This document shows, one piece after another, positions 38,717-49,900 of a stretch of DNA of 64,000 nt. The notes under the pieces were generated by a model, which saw nothing but the letters and a program-made list of their open reading frames with translations, ran no database searches and had not been told where the DNA came from. Numbering within the stretch: the stretch's first letter is position 1; each line of letters starts with the position of its first letter. Origin of the DNA: Saccostrea echinata (Eukaryota); NCBI RefSeq assembly GCF_033153115.1, contig NW_026889779.1, positions 22,010,001-22,074,000 on the forward strand. Reading direction: 5' to 3'. The translations under genes were made by a program, and so were the position numbers.

Positions 38717-39898
38717 TTATTTTAATTTCAAAACAGCATTTGCATACTTATCATCATTCAGCACAGGTTTGTCATAAAACTTTCTGAAGGTTTCGACATT
38801 AGACCAACCTACTTTGGACAAAATATCATCGACAGGAACAAAGTTCTCTTTTGCTTTAGATGCTGATGCAGATCTAACACTATGAGCCTTAAAAATAGTA
38901 GTATCAACACCTGCAGAACACATCACTGTTCTTATCCAACGGGCAACAGTATCTCTTGATACTTCCTTGTGTGGTTGTACATAACTGATAAACAGTGAAT
39001 CACACTTATTTCTAATTCTTGCAGTCCTTGATAAGTATTCACATAAAACAATATATACACAAAGCCTCCTATCTGGAGGATATGATTTCAAAACCATGTC
39101 AGACATACTACTGTTAGGTCTACATGTTTTCAATAAATCACTAAAAGTAAAAACAAAGCTATTTTTTCTTCTCGTCATATTACCAAGTTTCATGCATGAA
39201 ATAGTTTGTACTCGACTTGCACAAATTAAACTAATTAACATAACTAACTTCAGTGTCAAGTCTTTCAAACTTAAGTATTTTACAGGTGACAATTTTCTCA
39301 AATACTTGATAACAATAGATGCATCCCAAGTATGTACATATCGAGATTTTGATGGTCTCAAATTAAAAACACCCTTCATAAATCGTATAACAAGTGGATG
39401 ACATCCAACAGTAAACCCATCAAAAATCAGTCCAACAGAAGATAAAGCCCCTCGGGCAGTATTAATAGCACTATACCCTAAACCTAGGCGAAAAAGATGT
39501 GCTAAAAATTCAATAACAGTTTCTATAGTTGTACAAAATGGATCAATCGATTTTTCACTACAGTACTGAAACCATCTCGTATAAAATGTTTTATATTGTT
39601 TCTTGGTTCCCGACTTCCATGATGCCAAAAGGATCGAGGCTGCTTGATGAGAAATTCCTCGTTTTTGGTACTGCAACCGGACAATCGACATGCCATCAGC
39701 ACTAACGAGTCTTTCAGAGGATGCTGCACATCTGTGCCTGGAAGTGTCAACAGATTGTCCATCACAGGTAAAATCACCGGATGATCCACCAGTTTTTCTA
39801 ACACACGATTGAACCACGGCTGTGTTGGCCACACTGGAGCCACCAGTACACACTCTGCTTGGTCCTGACAAATCTTCCTCACCACACGTCCAATGAGG
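38717..39898 (-). CDS. DIRS ORF3: tyrosine recombinase
   Basis: N-terminal W..GTKKQY/YSAINTARGALS/HPLV.RFMKG block; catalytic R (ASRVQ), HSVR and GWS...TFRKFY. Overlaps the 3' end of ORF2 in another frame. Confidence 0.94.
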   Translation of the reverse strand, partial: PHWTCGEEDLSGPSRVCTGGSSVANTAVVQSCVRKTGGSSGDFTCDGQSVDTSRHRCAASSERLVSADGMSIVRLQYQKRGISHQAASILLASWKSGTKKQYKTFYTRWFQYCSEKSIDPFCTTIETVIEFLAHLFRLGLGYSAINTARGALSSVGLIFDGFTVGCHPLVIRFMKGVFNLRPSKSRYVHTWDASIVIKYLRKLSPVKYLSLKDLTLKLVMLISLICASRVQTISCMKLGNMTRRKNSFVFTFSDLLKTCRPNSSMSDMVLKSYPPDRRLCVYIVLCEYLSRTARIRNKCDSLFISYVQPHKEVSRDTVARWIRTVMCSAGVDTTIFKAHSVRSASASKAKENFVPVDDILSKVGWSNVETFRKFYDKPVLNDDKYANAVLKLK

Positions 39899-41619
39899 CT
39901 GAAAGGAGGATTAAGATAACCATAAATGTTTGCCCATGAAAAACTAAATGCATTAACATAACGGGCATCTGGATCTGGATGCCAAGAACAATATACATCA
40001 ATCTGCTTATTCAACCTTGTTGCAAACAAATCAATTTCAGGTTGTTCCCATCTTAAAACAATTTTATGGAACACAGATTTGCTCAACATCCATTCTATTT
40101 GATCATCAAATTTGCGCGACATCATATCTGCTATCAAATTATCTTTACCAGGAATGTGCCATGCACTTAACCACAGATCCCTATTCATACTCCATAGCCA
40201 AATTTCTTTTGCAAGTTTATCACATTTTTTAGAACTAATACCACCCATGTTATTGATGTAGGAAATAGCTGTGGTATTGTCCATAAATAATTTGACATTT
40301 TTATTTGTTACATCAGAACAAAAGCACTTTAACCCCAAAAAGCAGGCTAATAATTCTAAGTAATTGATATGATTTTCAGATTCATCTGTTGTCCATCTAC
40401 CCCCTGATTTCAATTCATTCATAACAGCACCCCATCCAAGATGAGAAGCATCAGAAGTTATTGTAAGATCATAGGGTTCATGCAAAATTCTTCTAACTGA
40501 TGAAGAAATATTAGAAATCCACCAATCTAATTCTAATTTCATTTCTTTTGTTATGATCATGAAAGCATCATAGTCATGTTGTGATTGTACAAGTGCATCA
40601 GTTTTTGCTCTTTCCATATCACGATAAAACAGCTGACCAAATTCTACTGCTGAAAAACTAGCCACGACCAATCCAATGACCTTTGCAACTTCTCTAATTT
40701 TTTCTCTTGATTTTGTTTGTAATTTTTTACATGCCTCTAAAATAGATTCCTTTCTTTCTTCAGTAAGAGAAACTATCATCAATTCAGAATCAATAACATT
40801 TCCTAAGAAAATGATTTTTGTACTAGGTGTGAGAACAGACTTCTCATAATTGACTACAAACCCTAGACTCTCTACTAGGGCTAAAGTTTCAGAAACATGA
40901 TCTAAACACTCTTTAATACAATTGCCAATCAGTAACGAGTCATCAATATACCCAATAATGACATGTCCTAATCTTCTAAGTGTTGCAAAAACAGGCTTCA
41001 GTAGTTTTGTAAAGAGTCTAGGTGCACTAGCTAACCCTTGAGCGAGACAAGTATACTGATAAATCTTATTTTTCCATATGAATCTAAGAAACTTTCTATG
41101 TTCCTCTGCCACACTGACACTATAGTATGCATTGCTAAAGTCAACACTAGCAAAATAACAACCTTGAGTCACTAAATCAAGAGCACTCTCAAAAGTATCC
41201 ATTTTAAAATGGTGATACACAATGTTTTTGTTAAATTCTTTCAGGTTCAAAATGACTCTATAACTGCCATTCTTTTTAGGTCTAGTGAAAACAGTGGAAA
41301 TGAAACCATCACTAAGGTCTACATTTTCAGACAATTCTTCAATTACATTCATATCTAATAAAGATTCAATTTCTTTGTCAATCACACATGATTCAGCTGA
41401 ACTAAAACGTGGCTCAAAAGGTTTTGAATTTTGTACAGGAATTTTATCATCTTTAAATTCCAAATGACAACCTTTCACAATATCTAATATACTTTTATCT
41501 GATGTTAACTCTTTCCATTCAGAAATGAAATTTTTTAGTACACCTGCTCTAAATTCACATACCTTTTCAACTACTTCTGGAGGCGACTCTGCAAGCCTCT
41601 TCGTTGGTAGTTTTTTGAA
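39523..41619 (-). CDS. DIRS ORF2: reverse transcriptase - RNase H - adenine methyltransferase-like domain
   Basis: RVILNLK, HFKM, QGLASAPRLFTK and YIDD (RT); SDASHLGWG, HINYLEL, DNTTA and HIPGKDN.IAD..SR (RNase H); IDLFAT..PDP..NPPFSLI (MTase). The frame is open from 41619 and includes the conserved FRAG.L..F...W..LTSD segment upstream of the listed GTG at 41478. Confidence 0.95.
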   Translation of the reverse strand, partial: FKKLPTKRLAESPPEVVEKVCEFRAGVLKNFISEWKELTSDKSILDIVKGCHLEFKDDKIPVQNSKPFEPRFSSAESCVIDKEIESLLDMNVIEELSENVDLSDGFISTVFTRPKKNGSYRVILNLKEFNKNIVYHHFKMDTFESALDLVTQGCYFASVDFSNAYYSVSVAEEHRKFLRFIWKNKIYQYTCLAQGLASAPRLFTKLLKPVFATLRRLGHVIIGYIDDSLLIGNCIKECLDHVSETLALVESLGFVVNYEKSVLTPSTKIIFLGNVIDSELMIVSLTEERKESILEACKKLQTKSREKIREVAKVIGLVVASFSAVEFGQLFYRDMERAKTDALVQSQHDYDAFMIITKEMKLELDWWISNISSSVRRILHEPYDLTITSDASHLGWGAVMNELKSGGRWTTDESENHINYLELLACFLGLKCFCSDVTNKNVKLFMDNTTAISYINNMGGISSKKCDKLAKEIWLWSMNRDLWLSAWHIPGKDNLIADMMSRKFDDQIEWMLSKSVFHKIVLRWEQPEIDLFATRLNKQIDVYCSWHPDPDARYVNAFSFSWANIYGYLNPPFSLIGRVVRKICQDQAECVLVAPVWPTQPWFNRVLEKLVDHPVILPVMDNLLTLPGTDVQHPLKDSLVLMACRLSGCSTKNEEFLIKQPRSFWHHGSREPRNNIKHFIRDGFSTVVKNRLIHFVQL

Positions 41620-42710
41620 TCAGATGAGAAGGATGCAGCATTCGAGTAGGATCCACGACCCCTTGCAGCTCCTCGGACAAAGCGTCCACGTGATCGTCCC
41701 CTCATAAAGCGACCACGGAAGCTCCCTCTATATCCGATACCAATTTTGTTGCTGATTTTGGAACAATCTGTGATGTCTTTTACAGTTTTAAGGACATCGT
41801 CACCAAACAAATAGTCTGTATACTTTAAATTATGACTACAAAGGTGAGTATATTCACCCTTCATATCAGGTTTCATAAATTCTCTACGCAACATACACAA
41901 CTGTCTGTTGGCATGCCCCAGCAATGCCAATGATTCCATAGCATTTCCCAAAAGGTCTAAAATCTCGGGATTGTCACACTTACCGAGCAAATAAGTCATT
42001 TTAGTGAGTGCACAAGCACCCTTGATCAACGAAGTCTGAACATTTTGCATCTTCTTATCGGAAGATTTTGTAGTTGGGCTCAAAAAATCCCAAACCATTT
42101 GGTTAGTTTTCACAGTCACTAATGCTGAACAGTTTTCAGGACGATTTGTCGTTTTCAGAAGTTCATTATATCGTTCTTCCTCGATTCCCTCTCGGAACCA
42201 ATCTGTCACGAGATTAGCTAGTTCATCATCAATCGGTTTATCACAAGTCTCTTTAACTTTAAGTTTCTTACCGGCATTGACGTACTTGTTTTCCGTATCA
42301 GTCAGAATCTCGTTTAATGCGCGCTTCCTCGAAGCCGCTTCACCGGAAGTACCCGGTTCGTCCGGGGTATCGTCTTGACGATCTTCATATTCTTGGTAAT
42401 CATAATCATACAGATTTTCTAGCTCTGTCATACGATCGTCTTGTTTCTTTTGATTCTCTTGAATCGCTTTTAATATGTTGAGAATCTCATTCTCGTTATT
42501 TGGCGCGGAACTATCATGTCCTCCGCCATGACCACGAGAACATGTGGAAGTGCCAGTCGAAGTCGACGAACTCGACGACGAACGCAAGTTAGACGGTGTC
42601 TTCTCCGAAGACGATGATTTGTTCGGGGCTTTTTTCTTTCCCTTGACCGGTGCTTTATCATCGTCAGGGTTAGGAACGTCCGCCATGACGCACGTGGTTT
42701 GAACTTTCAA
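41571..42710 (-). CDS. DIRS ORF1, Gag-like protein (first ATG at MADVPNPDD)
   Basis: First ORF of the element. Low-complexity N-terminus, coiled-coil-like segment, RPENC..L....N..VW and YLFGDD motifs, RG-rich basic C-terminus. Confidence 0.85.
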   Translation of the reverse strand: MKVQTTCVMADVPNPDDDKAPVKGKKKAPNKSSSSEKTPSNLRSSSSSSTSTGTSTCSRGHGGGHDSSAPNNENEILNILKAIQENQKKQDDRMTELENLYDYDYQEYEDRQDDTPDEPGTSGEAASRKRALNEILTDTENKYVNAGKKLKVKETCDKPIDDELANLVTDWFREGIEEERYNELLKTTNRPENCSALVTVKTNQMVWDFLSPTTKSSDKKMQNVQTSLIKGACALTKMTYLLGKCDNPEILDLLGNAMESLALLGHANRQLCMLRREFMKPDMKGEYTHLCSHNLKYTDYLFGDDVLKTVKDITDCSKISNKIGIGYRGSFRGRFMRGRSRGRFVRGAARGRGSYSNAASFSSDSKNYQRRGLQSRLQK

Positions 42711-43790
42711 AACCGATGAAAAAATATCTGACCACGTCAGACAAAATCGCCCCCGAAAACTGATCTGACCACGTCAGAAAAGATAATGAACTCTGAAAAA
42801 GTTCTAAGAGTATATTGACCTCGTCAATATGTAAAAATATATCAAAAATGATCGAGCAAGTAAGACCACGTCTACTCGCTCCGGCTACTTGCAGTTCAAT
42901 GACTTGGCGGCTGCGCAGTACTATTCACATTATCTCGGAAGTGACGTTTACGAAAAATAATCGTGAATATATCTAAACAATTAAATGCTTTCTTTGGTTA
43001 ACGATGTTAATACGGGAACTAATGTTGCAGCTGTTGCAGAAAAAAATGCATAACCCGTACTGACAAAGAAAGAAAGATATTTTATTGTTTATATTTATAC
43101 ATGTATCTGTACAAATAATCATCTAAACAAGGATTAAGTAGATTAAATAATGTATTATTGATATTTACGTCATTGTACGTTTCATTGATGGAACAGCCAC
43201 TATACTGTACATGTGATATGCTTAGCGGTGTTTACTGACTGATGGTTTTCATAAGAAATATAGGGGATAATATTCAGTGGCTGAAAATGTAAATTGACTA
43301 TAACTGAATGACACACAAAATCAGTCGATGCTTAAAATTAAATTCAAATGTATAAAATTTTATTAACTTTCGAAATTAACTTTATGGACACAGAATTTTA
43401 TTCCTTGAGTTGAAAAAGCATATTGGACAAGAGTACCGAATCTAAAAATATTCAGAATTATTGCAATTAAGCATGACAACCATATTTTTTTTATCTTTGT
43501 CAAATCTGGCAAAACCATCATTCTATCATATTTTAATGTTTCCAATATATTAAAAAAACAATTGCATTTCAATAGGCCTATAGATCTTTCTGTTTCTTTA
43601 TTGAAATATCTTAGTTGTTTTGTGTGATAACAGATAACGATATCAATTTTGTGCGACACCGACACTTGCGTTATCTTAAACCTTTAGGAATGAAAAATTG
43701 ATTTAACCGATTATCTGGAATACTGTGATCGAGTGTATTTTGTTCTGTGAATGTAGTTTTTTTTACTTCCGTATTGGTATATTTTGTTTC

Positions 43791-45038
43791 ATGATGTTTC
43801 GAATTTTCATGTATATATTTTCTATATTCATCACTGCTTCAGGTAGGAAAATTTCTCCTTAGTACCAATAAGCAAAACCAATATGAATGATCTACTTTTA
43901 AAATTCCATATTTTAAATACTTATAAAATTCATTGTGAGCTTCACCATCATGAGATGTAATTATTTCTCATTTGTCTCACCAGTTTGTCTAATAAACCCG
44001 GTGTAAGTGTGCTTATTTTAGTTTTCTATCATATTCAAACAGAAAGTAGTACTACATTATCTGGTGCAGAAATTATCTACTTGGTAAAGATTATATTTCA
44101 GTGGCTATCAATATTAGTTATAATATCTATGACAATACAATCGATCTGTATTTTGTGCTAAAAGTATCATAAATTTCCTTCAATATAGATAATGATAAGA
44201 ATCTTTTCGACTAGGAAAATTAAAATGATAGTTTACTTACTCCATGTTCCTTGCTACATAATACGTAAGTTTCAATGTTCTATTTCTCTTTGATAGATGC
44301 TATACTTTGTTACCAATGCTCAGACGCCAAAGCAGAAGGAACATGTAGGCATGACAACAGTGGACTCCTGTCAGATAACCAGGGTATTCAAAACAGGACC
44401 AATATCACGGACACAGAGTTCAATACAGAGTTTACATATCTGAAGAACTGTACAAAGAGCTGGGGAGAGCAATGTCTGATTGAAAATATACGGGAAGCAG
44501 GTAACATATTGAAAAGAACAGTTCTACCAGCAGTTTGATCGACTTGTCAACCATCTTCTGTCTGTGCTGATATTTACTGAGGTTCTTCTATAAATTTCAG
44601 GAACATTTGTTGTCTTCATGTCTGTCTTTGATAAGATTGAGAAATGGTCAATGGCTTAATCATTTATTTATATTCAATATCTTTAAAGGTTGGTTGATTT
44701 AGATTGACAAAATAAAAGTTATACAATATTCCTGAACTTCTTTCCAAATTTCAGGAAGTGGAAAAGTGATGTCTTTCATTAGAGGATGTACAAATGGAAA
44801 AGTGTTCTCCCTCAATGATTTCCCTAATAGAACAATAGTGTCAGATAATCAGACGACATGTGCCTACAGACCGGAGAGTGGAAAAGTTGTCGTCTGCTTG
44901 ACAATTTGTAAAACAGATCTATGTAATGGCCCACAGCCTCCATTACACGATGGAGCATCTTCAAATCACTTTTGTTCTTTACTGGCGATACTGATGCTAC
45001 TACTTGTGAATAAGGTGAATTGTTTCAGTGAATCTTAA
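43791..45038 (+). CDS. Ly6/uPAR three-finger (quiver/sleepless-like) GPI-type protein B
   Basis: Exons 43791-43842 (signal peptide MMFRIFMYIFSIFITAS), 44297-44500 and 44755-45038, joined by phase-1 GT-AG introns. Ten Cys (LCYQC...CKTDLCN) and a hydrophobic C-terminus. Confidence 0.88.
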
Positions 45039-45531
45039 GGACTCGTTTCACAGGAATGTCCCTTCTTCTTAGAGTCTCATTTTTTTTTCCTTTTGAACTA
45101 CAATGATTTCTCATGAATATCTGTTATTATTTAGAAAACTAATTATTTAGAAAACAAATATACAGTAACCATGTTAGAATTTTGTTGAAATATCAGTATG
45201 ATAAGTGAATTTACAATTGCATGGTAAATGCTGCACAGTTAGTTTCATCAGACTATAAAAAGAGATTGAAGAATCTATATTGAATGACTATAACGAACTT
45301 CTTAACATTTGAGAAACAATTTTGAATGTGTATTATAAAGTTCTAGACATATTCATGTAAATGCAGATATTCATTTCATTCTTAACCTTCTATATGTATG
45401 AATAGGAAATGAATGTCAATATTTTTTAGCAATACTTTTTTGTTTCTCAGTCTTTGTATAACTGTAATTCCTGATCTAAACTTCGTGTGTAGAACTCTGT
45501 CCTTACCTATTTGAAATTACTTTTTAAAAAG

Positions 45532-45753
45532 CAGGCCCGTAGAACGCAGGGGGGGGGGGGCTTTTTCTGAATATAGTATTTTTCCTTTAGATGCTGGTTC
45601 GCCCCCCACTTTTTGATATTGTAAGATCGAGTACTGCATGGCAAATTCCAGTATTTGGATAGTAAATTAGCTTTTGTTTTGCTTTTCAGATAATTTTGGG
45701 AAGTTGCCAACCCCCCAACCCCCACCCACTTTTGGTCAGTTTAGGTTTTTTTT

Positions 45754-45792
<39 letters not shown>

Positions 45793-45839
45793 TGGGGAAG
45801 TTGGCCCCTCCCAACTTTGAAACCGTTGCCACGGGTCTG
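45532..45839. mobile_element. Small TIR element with poly-G/poly-C/poly-T runs
   Basis: CAGGCCCGTAG.A / TTGCCACGGGTCTG termini, flanked by AAAAAG on both sides. Confidence 0.55.
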
Positions 45840-46993
45840 AAAAAGTACTTGCGTTACTTCTAAGACTAATGTATATAGAATAGCAATGTAATATATTTTT
45901 CTTCCATGACTTGGGTTGATCAGTCGAAAATCTTAGAAGTGATATACAGAACAGATACCTGTCATTTTAATAAGTGTTTGATAATTTTCTCAATATCGTA
46001 CCGGGTTTCTGTATTAATAAAATAATTATAATAAACTGACAAAATGTCTGACACACTCAAGCTTTAGTTGTTAATTGAAAAATTAAAAACCATGAAGACT
46101 AGACATTGACAATGATTAATTATTGATTCATGATCAGTATGTAAGCAGCGTATGATTTTTAGACCACACACTGAATACAGAATTAAGTCAAAATTAAGAT
46201 GCGAAATAGCTTGATTTTTAACAAACATGAATGAAAAAAGTTGCATGTTATAATATGCACAAGCTTAATGAAAGTTTTGTTTTATTTTTAAAATGATTGA
46301 CTTAAGTCTATTATCTGTTTTCTTGAGACATGAAAAACAGCCAAAAAATGTAACCTGAAGGTAAGGTTAACATTTTTTTTTGTCTTCATGTTCAAAATGA
46401 ATATGCTGTTCTTCTTAAACTATGTAATTGTTATGATATACCCTTCACTTGCATGCGTATATTTAATTACAGTACTATTGCAGTGAACAAATATTAACCC
46501 TTACTTTATTAAACGACCATTTACAGTTTATTATAGAAAAATGCTGGGTATAAACAGATTAAACATTTTTTTATGTTTACGTCGCCCTACCACTCGGCTA
46601 CCGTGACTGGTCATATGGCAAAGAGGTGAAGTCATGATTGAGAAGTTATTGAAAGTTGAGAGGACTACCTAAGTTTTTGGAACTTGTGTCCAATCCCTTT
46701 GACATATTGTCAATAAAATATGTTCAGAGCAAAAGAAAAGTTATTCTATAATGTAAGCAAAAACTTTAGACTACATGTATTATGCAATTTTCATTCCTAC
46801 CAACTCCTTACTTGAAATACCTCAACTGTTTCGCTTTAGCAGATAAGGCTATCGGTTTTTATCTGAAATAGGTCCCCTGTATCTCGTTCTTAGATGGTTT
46901 ATTTTATTGATTTTATTTTATCTGAAATCACTATAATGGGAGATAACAGTATTGTGAAAATGTTTTAGTTTCGTTTTTGAAGGGTTATGTGAT

Positions 46994-49900
46994 ATGATGT
47001 TTGTGTTCTTTCTTTTATTTTCCGCTAACATCTATACTTCAGGTACGACAATGTTTCCTTTGAATAGTGTTTGATCAATTGAGCAACTAAATTAAATACT
47101 ACATTGCTTTCTAAGAACAGATATTTGCATAGACCGCATTTACCATGTTAAAGAAATTTCGGTTTTAAGGAACCTTCAGGAAACCCATACTAGACTCTTT
47201 AACTATGTTTCTTATAGGGATGTAAAGAATTCTTACTATAAGGAAGCAAAATTCGAAGTTTACGTGATTTTCTTATAAAACTTAGTACCACAGGCTAGTA
47301 ACTGGTAAATTGTAGTGGCTATAGAGCCGTTATCAAAACAATGTATCGGTATTCTATTTTTACATGTATCTCACTTCAACCGAAAGTACAAGTACATGTA
47401 AATCTTGATTGACTTGATGGCATCTTAAAATGAAATTAAAAAAGAAAAATATTTAGCTCACAATAATTCTTTTTGGTAATATATTCTTGTTAATGAATAC
47501 GTATTTCGGACACATGTATAAAGTCTACACTCATTTACAGGGGCAATACTTTGTTATTGGTGCTCGGATTTAAATGCTGAAGGATACTGTAAAAATGACA
47601 TAGAGGTGCTCACAATCAATAATTCTTGGAGATATCCGAATCTTTTTAAGAGTTGTGCAAAGCACGATTGGGGAGACCAGTGCTCAATTGAAACAGTTCG
47701 TGAAGCAGGTATTAATTTAATAGAATTATTTTGTATGCTATACCTTCTTGAACTTGAACTTGAACTTTATTCTCATAACTGACAAAACAGTGAAGAGAAG
47801 ATATGTACAGTATAATAAACAGAAAATATTACATGCCTGAAGAAGGGGTAACAGAGTATGTCAACCAAGAGCGCCAACTCTCTCAATTATAATATCTAAC
47901 AATTTACAAATTTTGCTAAGTTGATTAGTATTGGTTACATTAAAGAGCATTTCAAATTTCAAAACATTTGGATTCAAATGAAAATACTTTGACAAATACA
48001 TAACTCTTGAGTTCTTTATAGACACATCAGTACATTTAAATAAATAATGAAATTCATCCCCAATTTCGTTGCTGTTACATAATTTACAAATTCTATTTTC
48101 TCTAGGGATATTAAACCATCTACCAGTCTCAATTGGTAATTTTGTATTCCCAGTTCTAAATAAACATTATTTCTTGGATTGTTTAGGAGGCAAATTCAAC
48201 AAATAGTCTTCAAAGATTAATGATTTTTTAAAAATTCTATAGTTCAAACCTTTAGGGGAAGTTTGTACATCACTAAACCATGTTTGCTTAAACTGACCTA
48301 AGAGAGTGGTATATACCTTATTTTTTAGCCAAGATATATTAATTGAATTTTCATACCACACATAAGTCAATCCACATTCATTTAAAATTTTCTGAACAAA
48401 ATCACACCATGGATTCTTACATATTTTCAATGCACATAAAAGTTTTGCAGACAATTTAGAGCTCTGAGCATTAATAAGTTTACCCCAAAATGAGATCATT
48501 CTAACTTTGATATCAATTAATAAAGGGTGTCTACCAAGTTCTCCGTACACCATAAAGTTTGGTGTTGATGTTTTCAAGCTTAGAAAATGTTTACAAAATT
48601 TTAGGTGTAATTCCTCCATTAGTTTAGTATTGTGAAAACCCCACATTTCACATCCATATAGAAGTAATGGTTTGATAATTTTATCAAACATGTCTAATTT
48701 ACAATCCATTGATAAGTTATGTTTTCTACATCTACCAATAACACTATACATTGCTTTAGTAGCTTTGTCATATAATTCTTTGGTATTTAAATTGAAAGAA
48801 TTACTTTTACAAAATGTAACACCTAAATATTTAAAGTTGTCAACTATATCAAGCTTGGAGCCTTCAAATGTAAAAGAGCTATTATTTTTACCTCTACCAA
48901 ATATTACAACTTTTGTTTTCTAACTATTAACCTTAAGGTGCCATTTCTTGCAATATTTAGAAAATGTATTTAGCATGTACTGAAAATCATCTGCGTTTTC
49001 TGATAACAAAATAGTATCATCTGCATATAATAAAACAAAAAGCTGTAAGTAGAGATTTAGTTCTCTCTCGAGTTTTTCTGACAAACAAGGTAAACCCTTA
49101 GCTTTGTTTCCAGATAAAAATTCCTCAAGGTAATTCAAGTACAATGAAAATAAAAATGGTGACAAATTCTCCCCTTGCCGAACTCCTATACTACATTCAA
49201 ACATTTCTGAACTTATTCCATTAACTACTACTTTTGATTTAATACCTTTATACATGTTGGTTATAATCTTAAAGCATTTTCCATCAATATTATTTTGTAA
49301 AACTTTATTCCATAGTCCGACATGCCAAACCGAATCAAATGCTTTCTCAAAATCTATAAATGCACAGTACAATTTCATTTTATGTCTTCTAAAAAGTTCT
49401 ACAAGAGAATATAATGAAAAAATATGACCTATTGTACCCATACCTCTACGAAAGCCTGCTTGATTTTCTAAAATGAGTTGTACATTATCAGCATATGAGT
49501 TTAATCTTTCATTAATAATTGCAGTAAATAATTTTCCTAGACAACTCAGCAGTGTGATAGGTCTATAATTCTTAGGATCAGTATTGTCCCCTTTATTTTT
49601 GTATACTGGGATTATGTTTCCACAAGCCCACTGAGTGGGTATTACACCAGAGTCAAAAATTTTGTTGAACAATTCAGTGTATAAATTCAGCATGCAATCA
49701 CATGAATTTTTAATATATTCATTAAAGATTCTATCATCACCACAAGCCTTGTTATTTTTCAACATATTAATACTGTTGCGCACTTCATCATGTGTTATTT
49801 GTTGGTTAATTTCATGATTGAGCTGAACATCAGCTAAAATATCAAGCTCTTCTTGTGTTAATACTGTGGGCTCTGACTCTTGTTCATTAAAATTTTCGTT

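Larger units (their letters stand above)
38313..42961 (-). mobile_element. Full-length DIRS1-type tyrosine-recombinase retrotransposon
   Basis: Three intact ORFs (gag-like, RT-RNaseH-MTase, YR). ITR 38400-38431 / 42897-42928. The internal complementary region 38545-38670 is the reverse complement of both termini (38313-38402 and 42923-42961), joined at ATT. Confidence 0.96.
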
